Shown here: one piece after another, positions 31,659 to 47,651 of the stretch
Numbering within the stretch: position 1 is the stretch's first letter
Layout of the letters: each line of letters starts with the position of its first letter
Assembly (NCBI RefSeq): GCF_009914755.1
Contig: NC_060937.1
Origin: the human T2T-CHM13v2.0 reference genome, Homo sapiens
Direction: 5' to 3' (one strand)
DNA: 64,000 nt
Program-made: the position numbers and the translations under genes
Notes under the pieces: generated by a model
Seen by the model: the letters and a program-made list of their open reading frames with translations, nothing else
Database searches by the model: none
What the model was told of the DNA's origin: nothing

Positions 31659-34600
31659 TATATACTGTACATAAAATATGAAAGTAACAAAACATTTATA
31701 ATAAACTGTACATAAAATATCAAAGTACTCAAACTATATATCATATACTGTACATAAAATATCAAAGTACCCAAACTGTGTATTATTATATACTGTATAT
31801 AAAATATCAAAGTACCTGAAATATATACTGTATACTGTACATAAAATATCAAAGTACCCAAAATATATACTATATACTGTACATAAAATATGAAGGTACA
31901 TCAAATATATATTATATCCTGTACATAAAATATCAAAGTACACCTATTATATATTGTGTACTGTACATAATATATTAAATCGCCCAAATATATATTGTAT
32001 ACTGTATATAAAATATGAAGGTACTTCAAATATATATTATATGCTGCACATAAAATATCAAAGTACCCAAAGTATGCATTACATACTGTACATAAAATAT
32101 CAAAGTACACATATTATATATTATATAATATACATAAAATATGAAGGTTCATCAAATATATATTATATTCTGTACATAATATATCAAAGTACATCAAATA
32201 TATATTATTTACTGTACATAAAATATCAAAGTACCAAAAATATGTATTATATACTCTACATAAAATATGAAAGTAACCAAACATTTATAATAAACTGTAC
32301 ATAAAATATCAAAGTACTCAGTCTACATATTATATACAGTATATAAAATATCAAAGTACACACACTGTATATTATATACTGTACATAATATATCAAAATA
32401 CCCAGAATATATAGCATACTGTACATAAAATATCAAAGTACCCAAAATATATATTGTATACTGTACATAAAATATGAAGGTACATCAAAGATATATTATA
32501 TTCTGTACATAAAATATCAAAGTACACCAAATATATATTATATGCTGTACATAATATATTAAAGTTGCCCAAATATACATTCTATACTGTACATAAAATA
32601 TGAACGTACATCAAATATATAGTATATGCTGCACATAAAATATCAAAGTACCCAAAGTATGTATTATACACTGTACATAAAATATCAAAGTACCAAAAGT
32701 ATATATTACATACTGTAAATAAAATATGAAGGTACCTCAAATATATATTATATTCTGTACATAAAATATCAAAGTACACCAAGTATATACTATATACTCT
32801 GCATAAAATATTAAATTACCCAAAATATGTATTGTATTGTGTACATAAAATATGAAAGTAACCAAACATTTATAATAAACTGTACATAAAATTTCAAAGT
32901 ACTCAAACTGTATATTATATACTGTACATAAAGTATCAAAGTACCCAAACTGTGTAGTATATACTGTACATAAAATATCAAGGTACCCAAAATATATATT
33001 GTAAACTGTAGATAAAATATCAAAATACCCAAAATATATATTATATACTGTACATAAAATATGAAGTCACATCCAATATATATTATATTCTGAACATAAA
33101 ATATCAAAGTACACCAAATGTATTTTATATACTGTACATAAAATATCAAAGTACCCAAAGTGTATATTATATACTGTACATAAAATATGAAGGTTCATCA
33201 AATATATTTTATATTCTGCACATAATATATCAAAGTACAGCAAATATATATTATATACTGTACATAAAATATCAAAGTACCCAAAATATGTATTATATAC
33301 TGTACATAAAATATGAAAGTAACCAAACATTTATAATAAACTGTACATAAAATATCAAAGTACTCAAACTGTATATTATATACTCTACATAAAGTATCAA
33401 AGTACCCAAACTGTGTAGTATATACTGTACATAAAATATCAAGGTACCCAAAATATATATTGTAAACTGTAGATAAAATATCAAAGTACCCAAAATATAT
33501 ATTATATACTGTACATGAAATATGAAGGCCCCTCCAATATATATTATACTCTGTACATAAAATATCAAAGTACACCAAAAGTATATTATATACTGTACAT
33601 AAAATATCAAAGTACCCAAAGTGTATATTATATACTGTACATAAACTATGAAGGTTCATCAAATATATTTTATATTCTGCACATAATATATCAAAGTACA
33701 GCAAATATATATTATATACTGTACATAAAATATCAAAGTACCCAAATTATGTATTATATACTGTACATAAAATATGAAAGTAAGCAAACATTTATAATAA
33801 ACTGTACATAAAGTATCAAAGTACTCAAACTACATATTATATACAGTATATAAAATATCAAAGTACCCAAACTGTATATTATATAATGTACATAATATAT
33901 CAAAGTACCCGAATATATAGCATACTCTACATAAAATATCAAAGTACCCAAAGTTTGTATTATACACTGCACATAAAATATGGAGGTACATCAAAGATAT
34001 ATTATATTCTGTACATAAAATATCAAAGTACACCAAATATATGTTATATGCTGTACATAATATATTAAAGTCGACCAAATATATATTATATACTGTACAT
34101 AAAATATGAAGGTACATCAAATATATATTATATGCTGCACATAAAATATCAAAGTACCCAAAGTATGTGTTATATACTGTACATAAAATATCAAAGTACC
34201 CAAAGTATATATTATATACTGTACATAAAATATAAAATACCCCAAATATATATTATATGCTCTACATAAAATATCAAAGTACACAAAATATGTATTATAT
34301 ACTGTACATAAAATACCAAAGGACCCAAAATATATATTATATACTGTACATAAAATATCAAAATACCCAAAATATATATTATATACTGTACATAAAATAC
34401 CAAAGTACCCAAAGTATATATTATATACCGTACAAAAAATATCAAAGTAGCCAAAATATGTATTATACACTGTACATAATATATGAAAGTACCCAAACAT
34501 TTATAATAAACTGTACATAAAATATCAATGTACTCAAACTATATATTATGTGCGGTACATAAGATATCAAAGTACCCATACTATATAGTATATACTGTAC

Positions 34601-35132
34601 TTAAAATATCAAAATACCCAAAATATATATTATATACGTTACATAAACTATCAAATACACAAAGTATGTATTATATACTGTACATAAAATAGCAAAGTTC
34701 CCAAAATATGTATTATATACTGTACATAAAATATGAAAGTACCCAACCATTTATAATAAAGTCTACATAAAATACCAAAGTACCCAAACTGTGTATTATA
34801 TACTGTCCATAAAATATCAAAGTACCCAAAATATATATTGTAAACTCTACATAAAATATCAAAGTAGCCAAAATACATATTGTATACTGTACATAAAATA
34901 TAAAAGTACCCCAAATATATATTATATACTGTACATAAAATATCAAAGTACCCATAATACATATTATACACTGTACATAAAATATCAAAGGACCCAAAAT
35001 AAACATTATATACTGTACATAAAATATCCAAATACTCAAAATATATATTACATACTGTACATAAAATATCAAAGTACCCAAATTATGTATTATACACTGT
35101 ACGTAAAATATCAGAGTACCCAAAATATGCAT
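31659..35132 (+). repeat. HOR unit U12: type A with 11-monomer duplication (3474 bp)
   Basis: 3013+461. Homologous ORF ends at 33158 and 33619 are 461 bp apart. Confidence 0.82.
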
Positions 35133-38100
35133 TATATACTGTACATAAAATATGAAAGTAACAAAACATTTATAATAAACTGTACATAAAATATCAAAGT
35201 ACTCAAACTATATATCATATACTCTACATAAAATATCAAAGTACCCAAACTGTGTATTATTATATACTGTATATAAAATATCAAAGTACCTGAAATATAT
35301 ACTGTATACTGTACATAAAATATCAAAGTACCCAAAATATATACTATATACTGTACATAAAATATGAAGGTACATCAAATATATATTATATCCTGTACAT
35401 AAAATATCAAAGTACACCTATTATATATTGTGTACTGTACATAATATATTAAATCGCCCAAATATATATTGTATACTGTATATAAAATATGAAGGTACTT
35501 CAAATATATATTATATGCTGCACATAAAATATCAAAGTACCCAAAGTATGCATTACATACTGTACATAAAATATCAAAGTACACATATTATCTATTATAT
35601 AATGTACATAAAATATGAAGGTTCATCAAATATATATTATATTCTGTACATAATATATCAAAGTACATCAAATATATATTATATACTGTACATAAAATAT
35701 CAAAGTACCAAAAATATGTATTATATACTGTACATAAAACATGAAAGTAACCAAACATTTATAATAAACTGTACATAAAATATCAAAGTACTCAATCTAC
35801 ATATTATATACAGTATATAAAATATCAAAGTACACAAACTGTATATTATATACGGTACATAATATATCAAAGTACCCAGAATATATAGCATACTGTAAAT
35901 AAAATATCAAAGTACCCAAAATATATATTGTATACTGTACATAAAATATGAAGGTACATCAAAGATATATTATATTCTGTACATAAAATATCAAACTACA
36001 CCAAATATATATTATATGCTGTACATAATATATTAAAGTTGCCCATATATACATTATATACTGTACATAAAATATGAACGTACATCAAATATATAGTATA
36101 TGCTGCACATAAAATATCAAAGTACCCAAAATATATACTATATACTGTACATAAAATATGAAGGTACATCAAATATATATTATATCCTGTACATAAAATA
36201 TCAAAGTACACCTATTATATATTGTGTACTGCACATAATATATTAAATCGCCCAAATATATATTGTATACTGTATATAAAATATGAAGGTACTTCAAATA
36301 TATATTATATGCTGCACATAAAATATCAAAGTACCCAAAGTATGCATTACATACTGTACATAAAATATCAAATTACAAAAATTATATATTATATTCTGTA
36401 CATAAAATATGTAGGTTCTTCAAATATATTTTATATTCTGTACATAATATATCAAAGTACATCAAATATATATTATATACGGTACATAAAATATCAAAGT
36501 ACCCAAAATATGTATTAATTACTGTGCATAAAATATGAAAGTAACCAAACATTTATAATAAACTGTACATAAAATATCAAACTACTCAATCTACATATTA
36601 TATACAGTATATAAAATATCAAAGTACACAAACTGTATATTATATACTGTACATAATATATCAAAGTACCCAGAATATATAGCATACTGTACATACAATA
36701 TCAAAGTACCCAGAATGTATATTGTATTCTGTACATAAAATATGAATGTACATCAAAGATATATTCTGTACATAAAATATCAAAGTACACCAAATATATA
36801 TTATATGCTGTACATAATATATTAAAGTTGCCCATGCATACATTTTATACTGTACATAAAATATGAAGGTACATCAAATATATAGTATATGCTGCACATA
36901 AAATATCAAAGTACCCAAAGTATGTATTATATACTGTACATAAAATATCAAAGTACCAAAAGTATATATTACCTACTGGAAATAAAATATGAAGATACCT
37001 CAAATATATATTATATTCTGTACATGAAATATCAAAGTACACCAAGTATATACTATATACTCTACATAAAATATTAAATTACCCAAAATATGTATTGTAT
37101 TGTGTACATAAAATATGAAAGTAACCAAACATTTATAATAAACTGTACATAAAATATCAAAGTACTCAAACTTTATATTATATACTGTACATAAAGTATC
37201 AAAGTACCCAAACTGTGTAGTATATACTGTACATAAAATATCAAGGTACCCAAAATGTATATTGTAAACTGTAGATAAAATATCAAAGTACCCAAAATAT
37301 ATATTATATACTGTACATAAAATATGAAGGCTCATCCAATATATATTATATTCTGTACATAAAATATCAAAGTACACCAAATGTATATTATATACTGTAC
37401 ATAAAATATAAAACTACGCCAAATATATCTTATATACTCTACATAAAATATCAAAGTACCCAAAATATATATTATATACTGTACATAAAATATCAAAGTA
37501 CCCATAGTATGTATTATATCCTGTACATAAAATATGAAGGTACATCAAATATATATTCTATTCTGCACATAAAATATCATATTGCACCAAATATATATTG
37601 TATACTGTATATAAAATATGAAGGTACTTCAAATATATATTATATGCTGCACATAAAATATCAAAGTACCCAAAGTATGCATTATATACTGTACATAAAA
37701 TATCAAAGTACCCAAAGTGTATATTATATACTGTACATAAAATATGAAGGTTCATCAAATATATTTTATATTCTGCACATAATATATCAAAGTACAGCAA
37801 ATATATATTATATACTGTACATAAAATATCAAAGTACCCAAAATATGTATTATATACTGTACATAAAATATGAAAGTAACCAAACATTTATAATAAACTG
37901 TACATAAAATATCAAAGTACTCAAACTACATATTATATACAGTATATAAAATGTCAAAGTACCCAAACTGTATATTATATACTGTACATAATATATCAAA
38001 GTACCCAAATATATAGCATACTGTACATAAAATATCAAAGTACCCAAAGTGTGTATTATACACTGCACATAAAATATGAAGGTACATCAAAGATATATTA

Positions 38101-38685
38101 TATTCTGTACATAAAATATCAAAGTACACCAAATATATATTATATGCTGTACAGAATATATTAAAGTCGACCAAATATATATTATATACTGTACATAAAA
38201 TATGAAGGTACATCAAATATATATTATATGCTGCACATAAAATATCAAAGTACCCAAAGTATGTATTATATACTGTACAAAAAATATCAAAGTACCCAAA
38301 GTATATATTATATACTGTACATAAAATATAAAATACCCCAAATATATATTATATCCTGTACATAAAATATCAAAGTACCCAAAATATATATTGTAAACTG
38401 TACATAAAATATCAAAGTAGCCAAAATATATATTGTATACTGTCCATAAAATATAAAAGTACCCCAAATATGTATTATATACTGTACATAAAATATCAAA
38501 GTACCGATAATACATATTATATACTGTACATAAAATATCAAAGGACCCAAAATAAACATTATATACTGTACATAAAATATCCAAATACTCAAAATATATA
38601 TTACATACTGTACATAAAATATCAAAGTACCCAAATTATGTATTATATACTGTACGTAAAATATCAGAGTACATAAAATATGCAT
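35133..38685 (+). repeat. HOR unit U13: A/B recombinant with +19 and -13 monomers (3553 bp)
   Basis: 3307+794-543-5=3553. Matching ORFs at 35428 and 36222 are offset by 794; there is a 5-bp deletion near 36760. Confidence 0.8.
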
Positions 38686-41600
38686 TATATACTGTACATA
38701 AAATATGAAAGTAACAAAACATTTATAATAAACTGTACATAAAATATCAAAGTACTCAAACTATATATCATATACTGTACATAAAATATCAAAGTACCCA
38801 AACTGTGTATTATTATATACTGTATATAAAATATCAAAGTACCTGAAATATATATTGTATACTATACATAAAATATCAAAGTACCCAAAATATATACTAT
38901 ATACTGTACATAAAATATGAAGGTACATCAAATATATATTATATCCTGTACATAAAATATCAAAGTACACCTATTATATATTGTGTACTGTACATAATAT
39001 ATTAAATCGCCCAAATATATATTGTATACTGTATATAAAATATGAAGGTACTTCAAATATATATTATATGCTGCACATAAAATATCAAAGTACCCAAGGT
39101 ATGCATTACATACTGTACATAAACTATCAAAGTACACATATTATATATTATATAATATACATAAAATATGAAGGTTCATCAAATATATATTATATTCTGT
39201 ACATAATATATCAAAGTACATCAAATATATATTATATACTGTACATAAAATATCAAAGTACCAAAAATATGTATTATATACTGTACATAAAACATGAAAG
39301 TAACCAAACATTTATAATAAACTGTACATGAAATATCAAAGTACTCAGTCTACATATTATATACAGTATATAAAATATCAAAGTACACACACTGTATATT
39401 ATATACTGTACATAATATATCAAAATACCCAGAATATATAGCATACTGTACATAAAATATCAAAGTACCCAAAATATATATTGTATACTGTACATAAAAT
39501 ATGAAGGTACATCAAAGATATATTATATTCTGTACATAAAATATCAAACTATACCAAATATATATTATATGCTGTACATAATATATTAAAGTTGCCCATA
39601 TATACATTATATACTGTACATAAAATATGAACGTACATCAAATATATAGTATATGCTGCACATAAAATATCAAAGTACCCAAAGTATGTATTATACACTG
39701 TACATAAAATATCAAAGTACCAAAAGTATATATTACATACTGTAAATAAAATATGAAGGTACCTCAAATATATATTATATTCTGTACATAAAACATCAAA
39801 GTACACCAAGTATATACTATATACTCTGCATAAAATATTAAATTACCCAAAATATGTATTGCATTGTGTACATAAAATATGAAAGTAACCAAACATTTAT
39901 AATAAACTGTACATAAAATTTCAAAGTACTCAAACTGTATATTATATACTGTACATAAAGTATCAAAGTACCCAAACTGTGTAGTATATACTGTACATAA
40001 AATATCAAGGTACCCAAAATATATATTGTAAACTGTAGATAAAATATCAAAGTACCCAAAATATATATTATATACTGTACATAAAATATGAAGGCACATC
40101 CAATATATACTATATTCTGTACATAAAATATCAAAGTACACCAAATGTATATTATATACTGTACAAAAAATATCAAAGTACCCAAAGTGTATATTATATA
40201 CTGTACATAAAATATGAAGGTTCATCAAATATATTTTATATTCTGCACATAATATATCAAAGTACAGCAAATATATATTATATACTGTACATAAAATATC
40301 AAAGTACCCAAAATATGTATTATATACTGTACATAAAATATGAAAGTAACCAAACATTTATAATAAACTGTACATAAAGTATCAAAGTACTCAAACTACA
40401 TATTATATACAGTATATAAAATGTCAAAGTACCCAAACTGTATATTATATACTGTACATAATATATCAAAGTACCCAAATATATAGCATACTGTACATAA
40501 AATATCAAGGTACCCAAAGTGTGTATTATACACTGCACATAAAATATGAAGGTACATAAAATATATATTGTATTCTGTACATAAAATATCAAAGTACTCC
40601 AAATATATATTATATGCTGTACATAATATATTATAGTCGCCCAAATATATATTATATACTGTACATAAAATATGAAGGTACATCAAATATATATTATATG
40701 CTGCACATAAAATATCAAAGTACCCAAAGTATGTGTTATATACTGTACATAAAATATCAAAGTACCCAATGTATATATTATATACTGTACATAAAATATA
40801 AAATACCCCAAATATATATTATATGCTATACATAAAATATCAAAGTACACAAAATATGTATTATATACTGTACATAAAATACCAAAGGACCCAAAATATA
40901 TATTATATACTGTACATAAAATATCAAAATACCCAAAATATATATTATATACTGTACATAAAATACCAAAGTACCCAAAGTATATATTATATACCGTACA
41001 AAAAATATCAAAGTAGCCAAAATATGTATTATACACTGTACATAATATATGAAAGTACCCAAACATTTATAATAAACTGTACATAAAATATCAATGTACT
41101 CAAACTATATATTATCTGCGGTACATAAGATATCAAAGTACCCATACTATATAGTATATACTGTACTTAAAATATCAAAATACCCAAAATATATATTATA
41201 TACGTTACATAAACTATCAAATACACAAAGTATGTATTATATACTGTACATAAAATAGAAAAGTTCCCAAAATATGTATTATATATATTATAAATATGTA
41301 CATAAAATATGAAAGTACCCAACCATTTATAATAAACTCTACATAAAACACCAAAGTACCCAAACTGTGTATTATATACTGTCCATAAAATATCAAAGTA
41401 CCCAAAATATGTATTGTAAACTCTACATAAAATATCAAAGTAGCCAAAATACATATTGTATACTGTACATAAAATATAAAAGTACCCCAAATATATATTA
41501 TATACTGTACATAAAATATCAAAGTACCCATAATACATATTATATACTGTACATAAAATATCAAAGGACCCAAAATAAACATTATATACTGTACATAAAA

Positions 41601-41708
41601 TATCCAAATACTCAAAATATATATTACATACTGTACATAAAATATCAAAGTACCCAAATTATGTACTATATACTGTACGTAAAATATCAGAGTACCCAAA
41701 ATATGCAT
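38686..41708 (+). repeat. HOR unit U14: full type A with 10-bp insertion (3023 bp)
   Basis: 3013+10; the insertion is near 41280-41298. Confidence 0.85.
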
Positions 41709-44700
41709 TATATACTGTACATAAAATATGAAAGTAACAAAACATTTATAATAAACTGTACATAAAATATCAAAGTACTCAAACTATATATCATATACTG
41801 TACATAAAATATCAAAGTACCCAAACTGTGTATTATTATATACTGTATATAAAATATCAAAGTACCTGAAATATATATTGTATACTGTACATAAAATATC
41901 AAAGTACCCAAAATATATACTATATACTGTACATAAAATATGAAGGTACATCAAATATATATTATATCCTGTACATAAAATAACAAAGTACACCTATTAT
42001 ATATTGTGTACTGTACATAATATATTAAATCGCCCAAATATATATTGTATACTGTATATAAAATATGAAGGTACTTCAAATATATATTATATGCTGCACA
42101 TAAAATATCAAAGTACCCAAGGTATGCATTACATACTGTACATAAAATATCAAAGTACACAAATTATATATTATATACTGTACATAAAATATGTAGGTTC
42201 ATCAAATATATTTTATATTCTGTACATAATATATCAAAGTACATCAAATATATATTATATACGGTACATAAAATATCAAATTACCCAAAATATATATTAT
42301 TTACTGTACATAAAATATGAAAGTAACCAAACATTTATAATAAACTGTACATAAATTATCAAAGTACTCAATCTACATATTATATACAGTATATAAAATA
42401 TCAAAGTACACAAACTGTATATTATATACTGTACATAATATGTCAAAGTACCCAGAATATATAGCATACTGTACATACAATATCAAAGTACCCAGAATGT
42501 ATATTGTATACTGTACATAAAATATGAAGGTACATCAAAGATATATTATATTCTGTACATAAAATATCAAAGTACACCAAATATATATTATATGCTGTAC
42601 ATAATATATTAAAGTTGCCCATGTATACATTTTATACTGTACATAAAATATGAAGGTACATCAAATATATAGTATATGCTGCACATAAAATATCAAAGTA
42701 CCCAAAGTATGTATTATATACTGTACATAAAATATCAAAGTACCAAAAGTATATATTACCTACTGTAAATAAAATGTGAAGATACCTCAAATATATATTA
42801 TATTCTGTACATGAAATATCAAAGTACACCAAGTATATACTATATACTCTACATAAAATATTAAATTACCCAAAATATGTATTGTATTGTGTACATAAAA
42901 TATGAAAATAACCAAACATTTATAATAAACTGTACATAAAATATCAAAGTACTCAAACTTTATATTATATACTGTACATAAAGTATCAAAGTACCCAAAC
43001 TGTGTAGTATATACTGTACATAAAATATCAAGGTACCCAAAATGTATATTGTAAACTGTAGATAAAATATCAAAGTACCCAAAATATATATTATATACTG
43101 TACATAAAATATGAAGGCACATCCAATATATATTATATTCTGTACATAAAATATCAAAGTACACCAAATGTATATTATATACTGTACATAAAATATAAAA
43201 CTACCCCAAATATATATTATATACTCTACATAAAATATCAAAGTACCCAAAATATATATTATATACTGTACATAATATATCAAAGTACCCATAGTATGTA
43301 TTATATCCTGTACATAAAATATGAAAGTACGTCAAATATATATTCTATTCTGCACATAAAATATCATATTGCACCAAATATATATTGTATACTGTATATA
43401 AAATATGAAGGTACTTCAAATATATATTATATGCTGCACATAAAATATCAAAGTACCCAAAGTATGCATTATATACTGTACATAAAATATCAAAGTACCC
43501 AAAGTGTATATTATATACTGTACATAAAATATGAAGGTTCATCAAATATATTTTATATTCTACACATAATATATCAAAGTACAGCAAATATATATTATAT
43601 ACTGTACATAAAATAACAAAGTAACAAAAATATGTATTATATACTGTACATAAAATATGAAAGTAACCAAATATTTATAATAAACTGTATATAAAATATC
43701 AAAGTACTCAAACTACATATTATATACAGTATATAAAATATCAAAGTACCCAAACTATATATTATATACTGTACATACTATATCAAAGTACCCGAATATA
43801 GAGCATACTGTACATAAAATATCAAATTACCCAAAATATATATTGTATACTGTACATAAAATATGAAGGTACATCACAGATATATTATATTCTGTACATA
43901 AAATATCAAAGTACACCAAATATATATTATATGCTGTACAGAATATATTAAAGTCGACCAAATGTATATTATATAGTGTACATAAAATATGAAGGTACAT
44001 CAAATATATATTATATGCTGCACATAAAATATCAAAGTACCCAAAGTATGTATTATATACTGTACATAAAATATCAAAGTACCCAAAGTATATATTATAT
44101 ACTGTACATAAAATATAAAATACCCCAAATATATATTATATGCTGTACATAAAATATCAAAGTACACAAAATATGCATTATGTACTGTACATAAATTATC
44201 AAAGGACCCAAAATATATATTATATAGTGTACATAAAATATCAAAATACCCAAAATATATATTATATACTGTACATAAAATACCAAAGTACCCAAAGTAT
44301 ATATTATATACTGTATAAAAAATATCAAAGTAGCCAAAATATGTATTATACACTGTACATAATATATGAAAGTACCCAAACATTTATAATAAACTGTACA
44401 TAAAATATCAATGTACTCAAATTATATATTATGTGCGGTACTTAAGATATCAAAGTACCCATACTATATAGTATGTACTGTACTTAAAATATCAAAATAC
44501 CCAAAATATATATTATATACGTTACATAAACTATCAAATACACAAAGTATGTATTACATACTGTACATAAAATAGCAAAGTTCCCAAAATATGTATTATA
44601 TACTGTACATAAAATATGAAAGTAACCAACCATTTATAATAAACTCTACATAAAATACCAAAGTACCCAAACTGTGTATTATATACTCTCCATAAAATAG

Positions 44701-45015
44701 CAAAGTACCCAAAATATATATTGTCAACTGTACATAAAATATCAAAGTAGCCAAAATATATATAGTATACCGTACATAAAATATAAAAGTACCCCAAATA
44801 TGTATTATATACTGTACATAAAATATCAAAGTACCGATAATACATATTATATAGTGTACATAAAATATCAGAGGACCCAAAATAAACATTATATACTGTA
44901 CATAAAATATCCAAATACTCAAAATATATATTACATACTGTACATAAAATATCAAAGTACCCAAATTATGTATTATATACTGTACATAAAATATCAGAGT
45001 ACCCAAAATATGCAT
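41709..45015 (+). repeat. HOR unit U15: canonical-length type B (3307 bp, 79 monomers)
   Basis: 3013+294 (7x42). U14 plus U15 total 6330 bp. Confidence 0.85.
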
Positions 45016-47651
45016 TATATACTGTACATAAAATATGAAAGTAACAAAACATTTATAATAAACTGTACATAAAATATCAAAGTACTCAAACTATATATCA
45101 TATACTGTACATAAAATATCAAAGTACCCAAACTGTGTATTATTATATACTGTATATAAAATATCAAAGTACCTGAAATATATACTGTATACTGTACATA
45201 AAATATCAAAGTACCCAAAATATATACTATATACTGTACATAAAATATGAAGGTACATCAAATATATATTATATCCTGTACATAAAATATCAAAGTACAC
45301 CTATTATATATTGTGTACTGTACATAATATATTAAATCGCCCAAATATATATTGTATACTGTATATAAAATATGAAGGTACTTCAAATATATATTATATG
45401 CTGCACATAAAATATCAAAGTACCCAAAGTATGCATTACATACTGTACATAAAATATCAACGTACACATATTATCTATTATATAATGTACATAAAATATG
45501 AAGGTTCATCAAATATATATTATATTCTGTACATAATATATCAAAGTACATCAAATATATATTATATACTGTACATAAAATATCAAAGTACCAAAAATAT
45601 GTATTATATACTGTACATAAAATATGAAAGTAACCAAACATTTATAATATACTGTACATAAAATATCAAAGTACTCAGTCTACATATTACATACAGTATA
45701 TAAAATATCAAAGTACACACACTGTATATTATATACTGTACATAATATATCAAAGTACCCAGAATATATAACATACTGTACATAAAATATCAAAGTACCC
45801 GAAATATATATGGTATACTGTACATAAAATATGAAGGTACATCAAAGATATATTATATTCTGTACATAAAATATCAAACTACACCAAATATATATTATAT
45901 GCTGTACATAATATATTAAAGTTGCCCAAATACACATTCTATACTGTACATAAAATATGAACGTACATCAAATATATAGTATATGCTGCACATAAAATAT
46001 CAAAGTACCCAAAGTATGTATTATACACTGTACATAAAATATCAAAGTACCAAAAGTATATATTACATACTGTAAATAAAATATGAAGGTACCTCAAATA
46101 TATATTATATTCTGTACATAAAATATCAAAGTCCACCAAGTATATACTATATACTCTGCATAAAATATTAAATTACCCAAAATATGTATTGCATTGTGTA
46201 CATAAAATATGAAAGTAACCAAACATTTATAATAAACTGTACATAAAATATCAAAGTCCTCAAACTGTATATTATATACTGTACATAAAGTATCAAAGTA
46301 CCCAAACTGTGTAGTATATACTGTACATAAAATATCAAGGTACCCAAAATATATATTGTAAACTGTAGATTAAATATCAAAGTACCCAAAATATATATTA
46401 TATACTGTACATAAAATATGAAGGCACATCCAATATATACTATATTCTGTACATAAAATATCAAAGTACACCAAATGTATATTATATACTGTACATAAAA
46501 TATCAAAGTACCCAAAGTGTATATTATATACTGTACATAAAATATGAAGGTTCATCAAATATATTTTATATTCTGCACATAATATATCAAAGTACAGCAA
46601 ATATATATTATATACTGTACATAAAATATCAAAGTACCCAAAATATGTATTATATACTGTACATAAAATATGAAAGTAACCAAACATTTATAATAAACTT
46701 TACATAAAGTATCAAAGTACTCAAACTACATATTATATACAGTATATAAAATATCAAAGTACCCCAACTGTATATTATATACTGTACATAATATATAAAG
46801 GTACCCAAATATATAGCATACTGTACATAAAATATCAAAGTACCCAAAATATATATTATATACTGTACATAAAATATCAAAATACCCAAAATATATATTA
46901 TATACTGTACATAAATTACCAAAGTACCCAAAGTATATATTATGTAACGTACAAAAAATATCAAAGTAGCCAAAATATGTATTATACACTGTACTTAATA
47001 TATGAAAGTACCCAAACATTTATAATAAACTGTAAATAAAATATCAATGTACTCAAACTATATATTATGTGCGGTACATAAGATATCAAAGTACCCATGC
47101 TATATAGTATATACTGTACTTAAAATATCAAAATACCCAAAATATATATTATATACGTTACATAAACTATCAAATACACAAAGTATGTATTATATACTGT
47201 ACATAAAATAGCAAAGTTCCCAAAATATGTATTATATACTGTACATAAAATATGAAAGTACCCAACCATTTATAATAAACTCTACATAAAATACCAAAGT
47301 ACCCAAACTGTGTATTATATACTGTCCATAAAATATCAAAGGACCCAAAATATATATTGTAAACTCTACATAAAATATCAAAGTAGCCAAAATACATATT
47401 GTATACTGTACATAAAATATAAAAGTACCCCAAATATATATTATATACTGTACATAAAATATCAAAGTACCCATAATACATATTATATACTGTACATAAA
47501 ATATCAAAGGACCCAAAATAAACATTATATACTGTACATAAAATATCCAAATACTCAAAATATATATTACATACTGTACATAAAATATCAAAGTACCCAA
47601 ATTATGTATTATATACTGTATATAAAATATCAGAGTACCCAAAATATGCAT
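45016..47651 (+). repeat. HOR unit U16: type A lacking 9 monomers (2636 bp)
   Basis: Matches U3 at offset 38392, sharing TATAACATAC, ATATGGTATAC, GTCCACCAAG and GTAGATTAAA. Confidence 0.85.
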
